This document shows, piece by piece, positions 1 through 8,986 of a stretch of 32,000 bases of DNA. The stretch lies in contig NC_009073.1 in assembly GCF_000015805.1 (NCBI RefSeq), forward strand, positions 1,050,001 through 1,082,000. The letters are read 5' to 3'. The position numbers and the translations under genes were made by a program. The stretch comes from Pyrobaculum calidifontis JCM 11548. Lineage in GTDB: Archaea; Thermoproteota; Thermoprotei; Thermoproteales; Thermoproteaceae. The notes under the pieces are model-generated. The model had not been told where the DNA came from. It saw only the letters and a program-made list of their open reading frames with translations, and did no database searches. How positions within the stretch are numbered: position 1 is the stretch's first letter; every line of letters begins with the position of its first letter.

Positions 1-1476
1 CCGCAGAGCTTCAACTCTTCTATCCAGGTAGGGGGAAGGCTCTGGGTAGGGGACCCCTACCACGACTACCGTGGTTAAGTAGTTTTTGCCGCCTGCCGTG
101 TACTCGACGCCCTCTGTGTACCTCCCCCTCGCCACGGCGCCGATGAAAAACTTCTCGGGTAGAGACCCCCAGCTCACTCCGTCGCCTCCCTCGTACCAGT
201 GGGGTATGGAGAAGCGGAGGTACTTTCTAACGGCCTTCATGACCTCGTACGAGGGGAATACTGCCAATACGCCGCCTGGGGAGAGGTTTACCACGGCCGC
301 TATTCTCTCCGCTAGCTTGAGGTACATCTCCTCTCCCCTTTCTTGATATCTCGTGGTGACGCCTATGTCGATTACCGAGATGTAGTTCTCCCGCGGTATG
401 TACTGCCTAAAGCTTATGTCTAGAGAGTAGTAGTCCCTAAGGCCCAGCATTTCGGAGAACAGCTTGATGGGCAAAGTGCCGCTTATGTATATAGTGTTCA
501 CGGCCTCTTCTACGGCTTTTTTGACTATCGAGACGGGGTCTATGGGGGTTAAGACCAGGGCCTTTGAGGAGTCAACTGTCCTCACCTCGGCTATGTACCC
601 CAGCCTGCTCTTCAGCGCGTTTCTGAGCTCTCTCACTAATAGTAGCGGAGTGTACGGGCTCTTGCCCTCCTCCGCCTTTCTCTTAACGATTTCTCTCACT
701 GCGGCGTCTAAGTTCACGGCCTCTAGCTCGCCGAGTAGGTCGGGCACTTCGCCTGACGTCTTTCTGACCAGGGTCAAGAGGCGGTATATGGCGCCGGCCT
801 CTTCTACAAGGCCGTACTTCCTGCACTCTCTATAGGCGGCTCTCAAGTCTTGTTCTGTGGCTGTGAGTGTGTAGATGCTTGTCACAGAGTCGAAGAGGGC
901 GTGTGCCTCGTCCACGATTACCACCTTGCCCTTTAGATTTCTCTCCCAGCCAAATACGTAGTAGTACGTGGAGACGGCTACCGTTGCCTTGTCTAACCTC
1001 TCTTTTGCATATTCATAGGGACATGTGCGCAGTGCGCAGAGGTATTTCACGTAGGTATTCACGTCGCGGAGAGACACGTCCACCTCTTTCGGGGGGTAGT
1101 ACTCGCATTTGCCCATGGCCTTTAGGAGGTTGCACTCGGCGAGGAAGGCTAGGTACTCCATTTTCTTCATCTGGGCGTAGCAACACATGTCCTGCCTGCT
1201 CTTGATCACCACGTAGTCCACCTCGACGCCCCTCTCCCTCAGTCTGGCGAGCTCGCGCAGGGGGGCTACAAGCTCGTTCCTCGTCCTCACGGCGTAGTGT
1301 ATCTTCACGCCTGTCTCAAGGGCGTATTTCACAGCAGCGCTTAACACAGCAGCCGTCTTGCCGAGGCCAGTGGGCGCGTTTATTAACGCCGGTCGCCCCC
1401 TCCTCAGCGCCTCGTATACGGTTAAGTAGATCTCTCTCTGGAAGGGCCGCGGCTCTTGGTAGGGGAAAATGTCCAC
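1..1476 (-). CDS. xpd: XPD/Rad3-family superfamily-2 DNA helicase with FeS-cluster domain; N-terminal part only, gene continues past the left window edge
   Basis: Absent from the ORF track because it is open at the window edge. My manual minus-strand translation from GTG 1476 reads [41 protein letters not shown] (Walker A), then a Cys-rich insert ([29 protein letters not shown]), then VIVDEAHAL (DEAH box). The frame stays open to nt 1. An in-frame TAA at 1500-1498 bounds the start. Confidence 0.85.
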   Translation of the reverse strand, partial: MDIFPYQEPRPFQREIYLTVYEALRRGRPALINAPTGLGKTAAVLSAAVKYALETGVKIHYAVRTRNELVAPLRELARLRERGVEVDYVVIKSRQDMCCYAQMKKMEYLAFLAECNLLKAMGKCEYYPPKEVDVSLRDVNTYVKYLCALRTCPYEYAKERLDKATVAVSTYYYVFGWERNLKGKVVIVDEAHALFDSVTSIYTLTATEQDLRAAYRECRKYGLVEEAGAIYRLLTLVRKTSGEVPDLLGELEAVNLDAAVREIVKRKAEEGKSPYTPLLLVRELRNALKSRLGYIAEVRTVDSSKALVLTPIDPVSIVKKAVEEAVNTIYISGTLPIKLFSEMLGLRDYYSLDISFRQYIPRENYISVIDIGVTTRYQERGEEMYLKLAERIAAVVNLSPGGVLAVFPSYEVMKAVRKYLRFSIPHWYEGGDGVSWGSLPEKFFIGAVARGRYTEGVEYTAGGKNYLTTVVVVGVPYPEPSPYLDRRVEALR

Positions 1477-1479
1477 AAG

Positions 1480-1503
1480 CTTTTTTACGATGGTGTTTTA
1501 TCT
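1480..1503. promoter_or_regulatory. Two TATA-like boxes in the 31-nt spacer between the divergent xpd and NAPRTase starts
   Basis: cttttttacg (1480-1489) is centred about 24 nt upstream of ATG 1508. gttttatct (1495-1503; agataaaac on the minus strand) is centred about 23 nt upstream of GTG 1476. Each box lies nearer to the other gene's start. Confidence 0.45.
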
Positions 1504-1507
1504 ACTT

Positions 1508-2668
1508 ATGTTCTACACAGCGTCGCCGCAGGAGATTTTGGAGGGAAGGACGACGGACGTCTACTTCACGCGTACGGTTGAGGTGTTGAAAAACGCCGGT
1601 TTAGACAAGGTGAGAGTGCGGGCGGAGTTTCACGTGGCGTCGCTTCCCAGGGAGTACAAGTGGGCCGTCTTCACGGGGCTGAGGGAGGTGGTGGATCTTT
1701 TGAAGGGGCGCAGTGTGACGCTTTACGCGTTGCCGGAGGGGACTCTCTTCTATGAAAACGAGCCTTTGATGGTCATCGAGGGGCCGTACGTGGAGTTCGC
1801 GGTGTTGGAGACGGCCATATTGGGCATCGTGCGCCACTACTCGTCGATTTCCACTAAGGCGGCTCGGATAAAGAAGCTCGTCGGAGACAAGGTCTGTCTG
1901 TTTTTTGGGGCGCGGGCCCTCCACCCCGCCATTCAGCCGATGGCGGATCGCGCGGCTTACTTGGGCGGGTGCGACGGCGTGAGCACCGTGCTTGGGGCAG
2001 AGAAGCTGGGGGTAAGGCCGACGGGCACAATGCCGCATGCCCTAATGATAATATTTAAGGCTGCCATGGGCGACCACGCCCTCGCCTGGGTGTGGTTTGA
2101 CAAGACTGTGCCGCAGGACGTGCCGAGGATTATCCTCGCCGACACTTTCTTAGATGAGCGGGAAGAGGCCTTAATGGCCGCCAAGCTCCTCGGCGAGAGG
2201 CTATACGGCGTGAGGCTGGACACACCCGGCAGCAGGCGCGGCAACATGAAAAAGATAGTGGAGGAGGTTAGGTGGACTCTGGACCTCCACGGGTATAGGC
2301 ACGTGAAAATATTTGTCAGCGGCGGCGTGGACGAGCAACAGATCGCGGCGTTGAGAGACGTGGCGGACGGCTTCGGCGTCGGGACCTCTATAGCATTTCC
2401 GCCCTCTGTAGACGTTTCAATGGACATCGTAGAGGTGGAGGTGGAGGGCAAGTGGGTCCCCGTCACCAAGCGGGGGAAGCTCCCCGGGTTTAAGCAACTC
2501 TACGACTGTGGTGGGAGACGCGTAATGGCTCCTTGGAACGCCGAGAGGCCCTGCGGCGAGCCCCTCCTAGTCAAGTGGTTAGACAACGGCGTACCTGTAA
2601 GAGATTTGCCCAGCGACAGAGAGATAAGAGAGTATGTGTTGAGACAACTCGGCTCAGTTCAGCTCTAG
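1508..2668 (+). CDS. pncB: Nicotinate phosphoribosyltransferase, archaeal type
   Basis: ORF 1469-2668. Motifs [58 protein letters not shown] and MDIVEV follow the order I recall for the Thermoplasma-type NAPRTase family. Start set to ATG 1508 ([13 protein letters not shown]) on family N-terminus and TATA spacing; the longest ORF starts at 1469. Confidence 0.88.
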   Translation: MFYTASPQEILEGRTTDVYFTRTVEVLKNAGLDKVRVRAEFHVASLPREYKWAVFTGLREVVDLLKGRSVTLYALPEGTLFYENEPLMVIEGPYVEFAVLETAILGIVRHYSSISTKAARIKKLVGDKVCLFFGARALHPAIQPMADRAAYLGGCDGVSTVLGAEKLGVRPTGTMPHALMIIFKAAMGDHALAWVWFDKTVPQDVPRIILADTFLDEREEALMAAKLLGERLYGVRLDTPGSRRGNMKKIVEEVRWTLDLHGYRHVKIFVSGGVDEQQIAALRDVADGFGVGTSIAFPPSVDVSMDIVEVEVEGKWVPVTKRGKLPGFKQLYDCGGRRVMAPWNAERPCGEPLLVKWLDNGVPVRDLPSDREIREYVLRQLGSVQL

Positions 2669-3742
2669 CTACTTGGGTACGGGCTTTAGTAGGAGGCTGT
2701 AGGTGGCTTCTCCTGTGTAAACCGCTGTGTAGAGCTTGAGGAGCCTTCTGCCGATCAGCTTGACCACAGTCCTGCTCTTTGACAAGTAGTTGGCGGCTCG
2801 GGAGAGTACCCTGGTCTTTTTCACCTCTTCTACATACGGCTTTACAAGCTCCTCATATACCTGGCTCGCGTACTTCCCCTTGCCGTATATCTTCAATGCG
2901 GCGTAGGCCGCCAGCGCCGCCAAGGCGCCTGAGGCAACGGCGTAGTATATGCCTTCCCCCGTGGTGGCGTCTACGAGGCCCGCCGCTTCGCCAGCCAGTA
3001 TTACGTTTCCTCTGCCCACGCCCTCGACGTGGCCCAGGGAGAGGGGGTGGCCGAGGATTTGGCCTGGCTTATACCCCGCGGATTCTGCATATTTTGCGAC
3101 GAGCTCCCTCAAGTCGAGCCACTTGCCCCACCCAGTTCCAGCGCCTATGTTGGCCCCGCCTTTTAGGGGGAAGATCCACGCGTATCCCACTTTTCCCACT
3201 GTGTTTATCACTGCGTCGAAGTCTATTATGCATATGTCTCGTGGGGGGCCGCTGGCGATGGTCATGTAGGCTATGCCGTGGCTTTTGTGGCCCTTGTAGT
3301 TGTACACCCCTATGGAGCGGGCCACGGCGCTGGTGGCGCCGTCTGCCCCAATGATCACCTCTCCGGCGTATTCGCCGGCTCTTCCCACCGCGGTGTTGTC
3401 TCTGACCTCAACCACTTGATCTTTTACGTACTCTACCCCGCTCTGTTTTAAGAGGGCGTAGTCGAAGTCGGGCCGTCTCGTGACTAATATGGGCTCTCTC
3501 CTCATCTCGTACCTATACCCCGCGGCTTGTACCACTATGGTGTCACACCGCCCATACACGGGGTACTCTACTCCCAATGCATTTAACAAGCGCTGTGTCC
3601 TAGGCGTGAGGCCGCCGCCGCACGGCTTCTCCCTAGGCGGCTGTAGTCTGTCGACTACCACTGCCTTGAGGCCGAGCCTGCCCGCCACAATGGCGGCGGT
3701 GGAGCCGGCGGGGCCTGCTCCCACTACTACAACGTCGTACAT
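2669..3742 (-). CDS. FAD-dependent oxidoreductase of the geranylgeranyl reductase family
   Basis: ORF 2669-3772. N-terminal dinucleotide fold MYDVVVVGAGPAGSTAA; length and GADG/GEAAG motifs fit GGR-like flavoproteins. Start set to ATG 3742, about 25 nt from the TATA at 3763-3776. Its stop directly abuts the NAPRTase stop. Confidence 0.8.
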   Translation of the reverse strand: MYDVVVVGAGPAGSTAAIVAGRLGLKAVVVDRLQPPREKPCGGGLTPRTQRLLNALGVEYPVYGRCDTIVVQAAGYRYEMRREPILVTRRPDFDYALLKQSGVEYVKDQVVEVRDNTAVGRAGEYAGEVIIGADGATSAVARSIGVYNYKGHKSHGIAYMTIASGPPRDICIIDFDAVINTVGKVGYAWIFPLKGGANIGAGTGWGKWLDLRELVAKYAESAGYKPGQILGHPLSLGHVEGVGRGNVILAGEAAGLVDATTGEGIYYAVASGALAALAAYAALKIYGKGKYASQVYEELVKPYVEEVKKTRVLSRAANYLSKSRTVVKLIGRRLLKLYTAVYTGEATYSLLLKPVPK

Positions 3743-3762
3743 CGGGGCGTTGTATAAGCTCA

Positions 3763-3776
3763 AATAAATCATTTAT
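3763..3776. promoter_or_regulatory. AT-rich TATA region shared by divergent genes (GGR-like gene and Cys-cluster protein gene)
   Basis: aaataaatcatttat lies between the minus start at 3742 and the plus-strand start candidates at 3779/3788/3815. Confidence 0.45.
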
Positions 3777-3778
3777 CT

Positions 3779-4201
3779 GTGCGACACGTGTGGGGCGATT
3801 TGAGGTGGTTTGAGGTGAAGTTCAAGTGTATAAAGTGTGGCATATGTTGCATAGGCACAGAGATGGAGCTCACGGCTGAGGACATAAGGCGAATCGAGGC
3901 CGCGGGGTACAAGATGGAGGATTTCGTGGTGGAGAAAGACGGCGTGTATAGGCTGAAGAACGTTGATGGGCACTGCGTCTTTTACGACCCTGCGACTAGG
4001 ATGTGCAAGATATACGACATAAGGCCCATAGGGTGCCGCCTGTACCCCCTCGTGTTCAACGGCAGCAGCGTAGAGGTGGACAAGACTTGTCCCACTTGGC
4101 ACACGGTGCCGAAGAGCGAAGTAGCCCGCCTAGGCCCCTACGTGGTTGAGTTTTTGAAGGAGGTCGAGCGCGCTAAGGTGAAAATTAAGCTAAGGCTTTG
4201 A
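3779..4201 (+). CDS. YkgJ-type CxxCxxCC cysteine-cluster (putative Zn/Fe-binding) protein
   Basis: KCIKCGICC near the N-terminus, plus later HC, MC, GC and TCP cysteines, typical of the UPF0153/YkgJ family. Start is uncertain: GTG 3779, GTG 3788 or GTG 3815. The 3' end overlaps ribB by 17 nt. Confidence 0.65.
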   Translation: MRHVWGDLRWFEVKFKCIKCGICCIGTEMELTAEDIRRIEAAGYKMEDFVVEKDGVYRLKNVDGHCVFYDPATRMCKIYDIRPIGCRLYPLVFNGSSVEVDKTCPTWHTVPKSEVARLGPYVVEFLKEVERAKVKIKLRL

Positions 4202-4823
4202 CCTCCTCGCCGGTGAGGAGGGGTATGCCCAACGCGTCGGCAAGTCTCTTGGCCTCGGCGAGGGACATGGCCTCTCTACTGTCGCCGAGCGCTTCAATTA
4301 TGACCACAGCTGGGGGGAGGCCGGCCGCCTGTGCGAGAATTAGGGAGAGCTCCGTGTGGCCCCACCTGGCGCCTATTCTGCCGCCTAGGACTGGGACGTG
4401 GCCTGGGAGGTAGAAGTTGTTTACAAACTCCTCCCTCGCCCGCTCCGGGTCTTTCAACGCGAGCGACACCACTCTCGCCAGCTCGTTTATAGTCACCGCC
4501 TTGTCCACGTCTCTAACCCCCGTCTTGGTCTTCACGTGGTTTACATATCCCATAAAAGCGGGGTCGTCTCCATACGGCGCCTTTGTCTGAAAGCCCTTGG
4601 CCTTGTACAAGTCGCTTAAGAAGTCTAGGCCGAGCGCCTTTCCCACCTGGTACGTAGTGGCAAAGCATAGGAGCCCCCCGGCGTTTTTTCTAAGCCAGTG
4701 CACGAGGTCTGGAGTGACGGCGTCTGCCCTAACCACGTAGTCCACCTCAGCCTCTCTTCCATCGCCGTCGTAGATCATGACGAGCCGCCCCTGTCTAAGC
4801 GCCTTTAAGGCCTCTTCGATCAT
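4185..4823 (-). CDS. ribB: 3,4-dihydroxy-2-butanone 4-phosphate synthase
   Basis: 212 aa. [16 protein letters not shown] (acidic substrate/metal loop), GLLCFA and RWGHTELS motifs are characteristic of DHBP synthase. Confidence 0.88.
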   Translation of the reverse strand: MIEEALKALRQGRLVMIYDGDGREAEVDYVVRADAVTPDLVHWLRKNAGGLLCFATTYQVGKALGLDFLSDLYKAKGFQTKAPYGDDPAFMGYVNHVKTKTGVRDVDKAVTINELARVVSLALKDPERAREEFVNNFYLPGHVPVLGGRIGARWGHTELSLILAQAAGLPPAVVIIEALGDSREAMSLAEAKRLADALGIPLLTGEEVKALA

Positions 4824-4862
4824 CTGTCAACTCTAGGTGAGGTGTTAAATACTTTGTGTAAA

Positions 4863-5516
4863 CTATTTTTTACACTGGACGCGGTACGTCAGCACTACCT
4901 CCTGTCCGCATTCGCAGGTTTTCACAGACTGGAGGACCAGCGAGTAGGGCATGTCCTCCTTAGTGGGGTACCCCTCCCCCTCTACTAGGGACACTCCTCT
5001 GCCGAATATATACGGCGTGATTGTCAACACCACCTCGTCCACGAGACATCTGTGTAAAAACTCCCAGTTTGTCCTCCCCCCGCCCTCGAGGAGGACCTTC
5101 CTCACGCCCCTCTGGTAAAGCGTAGAGAGAACCCACGCGGGGTCCACTTTTTCGCCGTCTGCCACGTACACCTCCACGCCCCTCGCCCTAAGCTCGACTA
5201 TCTTCTCCGCCGGCGCCTTCGCCGTAGTGAAGACGAGGGTTGGGGCCGAGTTGTCGAACATGCGGAGGCTGGTGGGCACCTTAAGCGCGCCGTCGATGAG
5301 GACGCGCATTGGGTTTCGACCCTCCACGTACCTCACTGTGAGCCTGGGGTTGTCTACAATGGCCGTGTTGGCCCCGACGATTACCGCATCTACCCTCGCC
5401 CTGAGCTCGTGGAGGCGCCTTAGGTCGATGGGGCAGGAGAGGCGTGAGTAGCCGGTGGCGCTGGCAATTCGCCCGTCCAGCGTCGTTGCGGCGGCCAAGT
5501 AGACGTACGGTCTCAT
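4863..5516 (-). CDS. arfC: 2,5-diamino-6-ribosylamino-4(3H)-pyrimidinone 5'-phosphate reductase (RibD C-terminal-domain type)
   Basis: 217 aa. RPYVYLAAATTLDGRIA, VIVGANT and LLEGGG motifs match the RibD_C/DHFR-like reductase fold. Its start interlocks with the arfA stop (tcat at 5513-5516). Confidence 0.82.
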   Translation of the reverse strand: MRPYVYLAAATTLDGRIASATGYSRLSCPIDLRRLHELRARVDAVIVGANTAIVDNPRLTVRYVEGRNPMRVLIDGALKVPTSLRMFDNSAPTLVFTTAKAPAEKIVELRARGVEVYVADGEKVDPAWVLSTLYQRGVRKVLLEGGGRTNWEFLHRCLVDEVVLTITPYIFGRGVSLVEGEGYPTKEDMPYSLVLQSVKTCECGQEVVLTYRVQCKK

Positions 5517-6178
5517 TTGAGCACTTTCACTCCCACTACGCCGTGGCTTCTCAAGTAGTCCAACGCCTTTGTGGCTTTCACAAACGCCGTGTAGGGCCTC
5601 TTAGCTACGCCGACTCCAACACGCACAGGCACTGGGACTCTTTCGGCTATTTCATATGCCGCCTTGGGCTCGGGGAGGAGAACTGCCACGTTGTCCCCGC
5701 CTAAGTACAGGGCTATACACCCAAGCCTTTTGCACAAATCGCCGAGGTCGCTGATTATGTGGAGAATTTGTAGGTAGACGTGGAGGGGGCCATTTGCCCT
5801 AGTTACGTGTGTACTGTCCACCATGTCCATATGCGCCAACACGGCGTAGTTGTCGCCATCTCCTGCGGCTTCTCCACAGCTCAAATACGCCTCATATGGG
5901 GTGGGGCCAGTGCCAATGCAGTACTCCACGGGGACGGGGGACGCCTTTTTCAACTTATCAACCGCTTTCTCTATGAGCGTCGTTGGTATGTTGTTCACGA
6001 GGGCCACGGCGGCGTCGTAGCGGGTGTGGTGGGGAAAGGCGCCGATAGAGGTAAAGTGCCTCCACAGGGCCATGTGTAGCCCAGCTTGCACTCTCTGTAT
6101 TATGTGCTCTCGGCGCGGCCCCAAGCTCTCAGTCCACTCTCTATAGCCTCGCAGAGTTACAACGGCCACTCTGTGCAC
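5513..6178 (-). CDS. arfA: GTP cyclohydrolase III (archaeal, FAPy-forming)
   Basis: 221 aa. VVTLRGYREWTESLGPRREHIIQRVQAGLH, TPYEAY and LGGDN follow the pattern I recall from the MJ0145-type enzyme (YGPWT..PRRE..LQ..L, TPYEA, GGDN). Confidence 0.82.
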   Translation of the reverse strand: MHRVAVVTLRGYREWTESLGPRREHIIQRVQAGLHMALWRHFTSIGAFPHHTRYDAAVALVNNIPTTLIEKAVDKLKKASPVPVEYCIGTGPTPYEAYLSCGEAAGDGDNYAVLAHMDMVDSTHVTRANGPLHVYLQILHIISDLGDLCKRLGCIALYLGGDNVAVLLPEPKAAYEIAERVPVPVRVGVGVAKRPYTAFVKATKALDYLRSHGVVGVKVLK

Positions 6179-6194
6179 AGCCGGTCAACTCCAG

Positions 6195-6247
6195 TTTTTT
6201 AAATATGTTGAAAATGTAAACTCTTGGAGACTGTGGAGATATATAGG
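6195..6247. promoter_or_regulatory. Divergent promoter pair for arfA and the creatininase-family gene
   Basis: ttttttaaatat (6195-6206) is about 22 nt upstream of the minus start at 6178. gagatatatagg (6237-6247) is about 23 nt upstream of ATG 6265. Confidence 0.55.
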
Positions 6248-6264
6248 CGCTGGGAATCGTCCAC

Positions 6265-6906
6265 ATGCTTTGCCTACTTCCGGTGGGCTCCTACGAACAA
6301 CACGGCCCCCACCTGCCCCCCACCGTAGACGCCGAGGTCGCCCTGTATGTGGCAAAGAGGCTTGCGGAAGTTACAAACGGCGTGGTACTGCCGGCGGTGT
6401 ACTACACCTGTAGCGCAGAGCACCAAGGCTTCCCCCGCACAATTTCGGTCAAGTGCGCGACCTTTATCCAGTACCTCGAGGATCTGTTGAGGTCTGCCGC
6501 CAACACGTGTGAGAGGGTGGTGGTCGTGGTGGGCCATGGAGGAGTGGCGGAGGTCGTCACGCTCGTGGCACAGCAGCTAAACTACGAGCTTGGGCCAAGG
6601 TTCCTCCCCCTGCCAGTGTGGCGCTATGTAAAAGTCCGCGACCACGCGGGCACAGACGAGACCAGCGTGTACTTGGCGATAGGCGGCGCTGTTGGCAAAA
6701 TGGAGGAGGTGTGCGAGGGGGATGTGTCCCTATTCGGCGTTATGAGGGTCTCCGCGTTCTCTAAGACGGGGGTTGTGGGGTGCCTCCGCCCGGCAGAGGT
6801 CTCCGCCGAGCGAGGCAGGGCTTTGCTGGAGGAGGGGATAAGCCAAATGGCTAAAAAAATTGCCGAATTTATTCGCATTTCTTCACAGCCTCCACGAGCT
6901 CCCTAA
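6265..6906 (+). CDS. arfB: Creatininase-fold amidohydrolase, probable FAPy deformylase of archaeal riboflavin synthesis
   Basis: LPVGSYEQHGPHLP is the creatininase-family metal-site motif. The gene is divergent from arfA in a riboflavin cluster. An in-frame TAG at 6244 leaves ATG 6265 as the only standard start. Confidence 0.65.
   Translation: MLCLLPVGSYEQHGPHLPPTVDAEVALYVAKRLAEVTNGVVLPAVYYTCSAEHQGFPRTISVKCATFIQYLEDLLRSAANTCERVVVVVGHGGVAEVVTLVAQQLNYELGPRFLPLPVWRYVKVRDHAGTDETSVYLAIGGAVGKMEEVCEGDVSLFGVMRVSAFSKTGVVGCLRPAEVSAERGRALLEEGISQMAKKIAEFIRISSQPPRAP
6853..6859 (-). terminator. Oligo-T tract (T7 on the minus strand) just downstream of the small acidic protein gene
   Basis: A7 on the plus strand at 6853-6859, which is T7 on the minus strand 10-16 nt past the TAA at 6869-6871. 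Archaeal termination commonly uses oligo-T. The tract lies inside the arfB coding sequence. Confidence 0.35.
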
Positions 6907-7060
6907 TGGCCTTGACGAGGTCGTTTAGTCCAGCGATTTGTATTGTCACCACGGCGGCGCCCCTTGCCCCTTCCTCTTCGTCTTTGATTTGGGAGAGGAT
7001 TCTCTCAAGCTCGTCGTCGCCCTCCTCGTCTTCCTTTTTCTTCTTCTTGAGTATCGACAT
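6869..7060 (-). CDS. Small (63 aa) Lys-tract/acidic protein, unknown function
   Basis: MSILKKKKKEDEEGDDELERILSQIKDEEEG followed by the amphipathic tail VTIQIAGLNDLVKAIRELVEAVKKCE. ATG 7060 is about 27 nt from ccatatagtag (minus sense of 7082-7092). The ORF track extends it to 7072. Confidence 0.5.
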   Translation of the reverse strand: MSILKKKKKEDEEGDDELERILSQIKDEEEGARGAAVVTIQIAGLNDLVKAIRELVEAVKKCE

Positions 7061-7100
7061 GTCTACTATCAACTTTTAAGCCTACTATATGGAGATAGAT

Positions 7101-8111
7101 ATGAAGGTGGTGTTCTCCCCCGTGTTTAAGTTGCACAAACCGCCGTACAGCCACCCCGAGGCTCCCGACAGACTCGACGCAGTGTTAAAAGGCGCCGAGG
7201 AGGCCGGCGCCGCCGTCCAAGCGCCAAGGGCCAGAGAGGACGTGTGGAACCTCGTGTCGCTGGCCCATGAGAGGGGGTACATAGAGTTTGTGAGAAGGCT
7301 GTGTAAAGAGGACTATGCCCAAATCGACGGCGACACGTACGTCTCCTCTGGCACATGCGAGGCAGCGGCCTTGGCAGTAAGCGCTATGGCAGACGCCGTG
7401 GACGCAGGCGAGACAGTTTTGCTCGCAGTTAGGCCGCCCGGCCACCATGCGGGGTTTGTGGGGAGGGCGCTGACGGCCCCAACGCAGGGCTTCTGTATCT
7501 TCAATACTGCGGCAATTGGCGCATTGTACAAGGGGGAGGGCGTCGCTGTGGTAGACATCGACGTACACCACGGAAACGGCACACAAGAAATTCTCTACGA
7601 CAAGGACCTACTCTACATCTCTACGCACCAGCACCCAGCCACGCTGTACCCAGGCACGGGCTACCCAGACGAAGTAGGCACAAGCAAGGGGGAAGGCTTC
7701 AACGTCAATATACCGCTCCCGCCTCTCACTGGAGACGACGCGTACGCCGAGGCAGTAGAGGAGGTTATAGAGCCAATCTTGCGGCAGTACGACCCCAAGA
7801 TCATAATCGTGTCCCTGGGATGGGACGCACACAGAGACGACCCCTTGGCCAACATGGGGCTGACGATAAACGGCTACCTACGCGCAATTTCCACCATACT
7901 CAAACTCCAAAAGCCCACGATCTTCTTACTCGAGGGAGGCTACAACAGAGACGTGTTGAGGAGAGGCACTGCGGCGCTGATAAGGCTGGTGGACAAGGGC
8001 GAAGAAGCCGCCGGAGAAGCGCCTTCAAAGACCGACGCCAAGGTATACGAGAGGTTTAGGAGAGAGCTCGGCGAAGTAAAGAGGCACGTCTCAAAACACT
8101 GGCGCCTATAG
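7101..8111 (+). CDS. Zn-dependent histone deacetylase-family protein (AcuC / acetylpolyamine amidohydrolase-like)
   Basis: [33 protein letters not shown] and LEGGYN are the classical HDAC/arginase-fold deacetylase motifs. ATG 7101 is about 24 nt from acttttaagcc (7072-7082); the longest ORF starts at 7089. Confidence 0.85.
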   Translation: MKVVFSPVFKLHKPPYSHPEAPDRLDAVLKGAEEAGAAVQAPRAREDVWNLVSLAHERGYIEFVRRLCKEDYAQIDGDTYVSSGTCEAAALAVSAMADAVDAGETVLLAVRPPGHHAGFVGRALTAPTQGFCIFNTAAIGALYKGEGVAVVDIDVHHGNGTQEILYDKDLLYISTHQHPATLYPGTGYPDEVGTSKGEGFNVNIPLPPLTGDDAYAEAVEEVIEPILRQYDPKIIIVSLGWDAHRDDPLANMGLTINGYLRAISTILKLQKPTIFLLEGGYNRDVLRRGTAALIRLVDKGEEAAGEAPSKTDAKVYERFRRELGEVKRHVSKHWRL

Positions 8112-8963
8112 CAGTTTCTCCACCTCTCTGCGGAGGAGCGGGCCCACCTTAACTTCGGCAAACTCGTTCAAGATACTGTCTGTACAAATCAGCCTATCGA
8201 CGCAGCTCTTCGCCTTCTCCCTCGCGTCTTTTAACAACTGGCAGTGGGTAACCGCGGCGTAGACCTCAGACGCCCCGAGAGTCCTCGCCGCCTTACACGC
8301 GTCCACTAAAGTTCCGCCCGTCGACAAAATGTCGTCGACTATGGCCACCCTGGCCCCCCTCAGCTCCAAGTCCCTACGGGGCATGAGGGTGATGGCCCCA
8401 GTCTCCCTATCCCGGTACTTCTCAAAGTACGTATAAGGCACGCCGAGGATGCGGGCGACGGCCTCCGCCCTGTGAAGCGAGCCGAAGTCTGGGCTTACCA
8501 CGGCGTCGACGCCCTTCAGCCTCTCCGCAAACTCCTCGGCGGGGTACACATTCCTCACGGCGACACGCGGCACGTAGTCGGCAATATACGGCTTGTGGAG
8601 GTCCACAGCCACTAAGGCCCCCACCGAGAGATTCGCCAAAGTCTTCAACAGAGCCTTAGCGCTGATGGGCTCCCCCGGCCTAAACCGCCTATCCTGCCGC
8701 GCGTAGGGGAGATACGGCGCCACTACGACGACCCTCCCCACCCCCATGTCGTTCAACGCGTCGAGGGCCAAGAAGAGCTTAAACACGCTGTCATTTACGC
8801 CGGGGTACAGCCTAGCGACGAGAACAACCACAGGCCCAGCCTCGGGCACTCTCACCAAAACCTCCCCATCGGGAAAAGTCCTCTCCTCCACCTGCACAAC
8901 TTTCCCCAGCCCCTCAAAATGCTCGGCTATGTCGAGGGCGTTCTGGAACGTAAGTATGTGCAT
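8106..8963 (-). CDS. prs: Ribose-phosphate pyrophosphokinase
   Basis: [15 protein letters not shown] and the PRPP-binding loop [16 protein letters not shown] 8963 lies 25 nt from aaaataaatag (minus sense of 8983-8993). The track's GTG 8999 would overlap the upstream gene. Confidence 0.85.
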   Translation of the reverse strand: MHILTFQNALDIAEHFEGLGKVVQVEERTFPDGEVLVRVPEAGPVVVLVARLYPGVNDSVFKLFLALDALNDMGVGRVVVVAPYLPYARQDRRFRPGEPISAKALLKTLANLSVGALVAVDLHKPYIADYVPRVAVRNVYPAEEFAERLKGVDAVVSPDFGSLHRAEAVARILGVPYTYFEKYRDRETGAITLMPRRDLELRGARVAIVDDILSTGGTLVDACKAARTLGASEVYAAVTHCQLLKDAREKAKSCVDRLICTDSILNEFAEVKVGPLLRREVEKLL

Positions 8964-8986
8964 AGGCGTATACAAAGCACGGCTAT

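Noticed and set aside
86-1205. Three plus-strand track ORFs (86-346, 464-835, 867-1205)
   Set aside because: They lie antisense to the open minus-strand frame that carries clear XPD helicase motifs. Their products are Ser/Pro/Arg/Leu-rich with no motifs, the typical shadow ORFs of a GC-rich coding strand.
1957-3354. Long antisense or alternate-frame ORFs inside the NAPRTase and GGR-like genes (1601-2038, 1957-2469, 2779-3354, 2949-3269)
   Set aside because: They sit entirely inside genes with strong family motifs on the other strand or frame and have low-complexity Pro/Arg/Ser/Thr-rich translations. The same reasoning rejects 17853-18332, 18190-18540, 22946-23359, 9449-9943, 10215-10682, 24678-25061, 28900-29361, 29889-30302 and 31278-31826.
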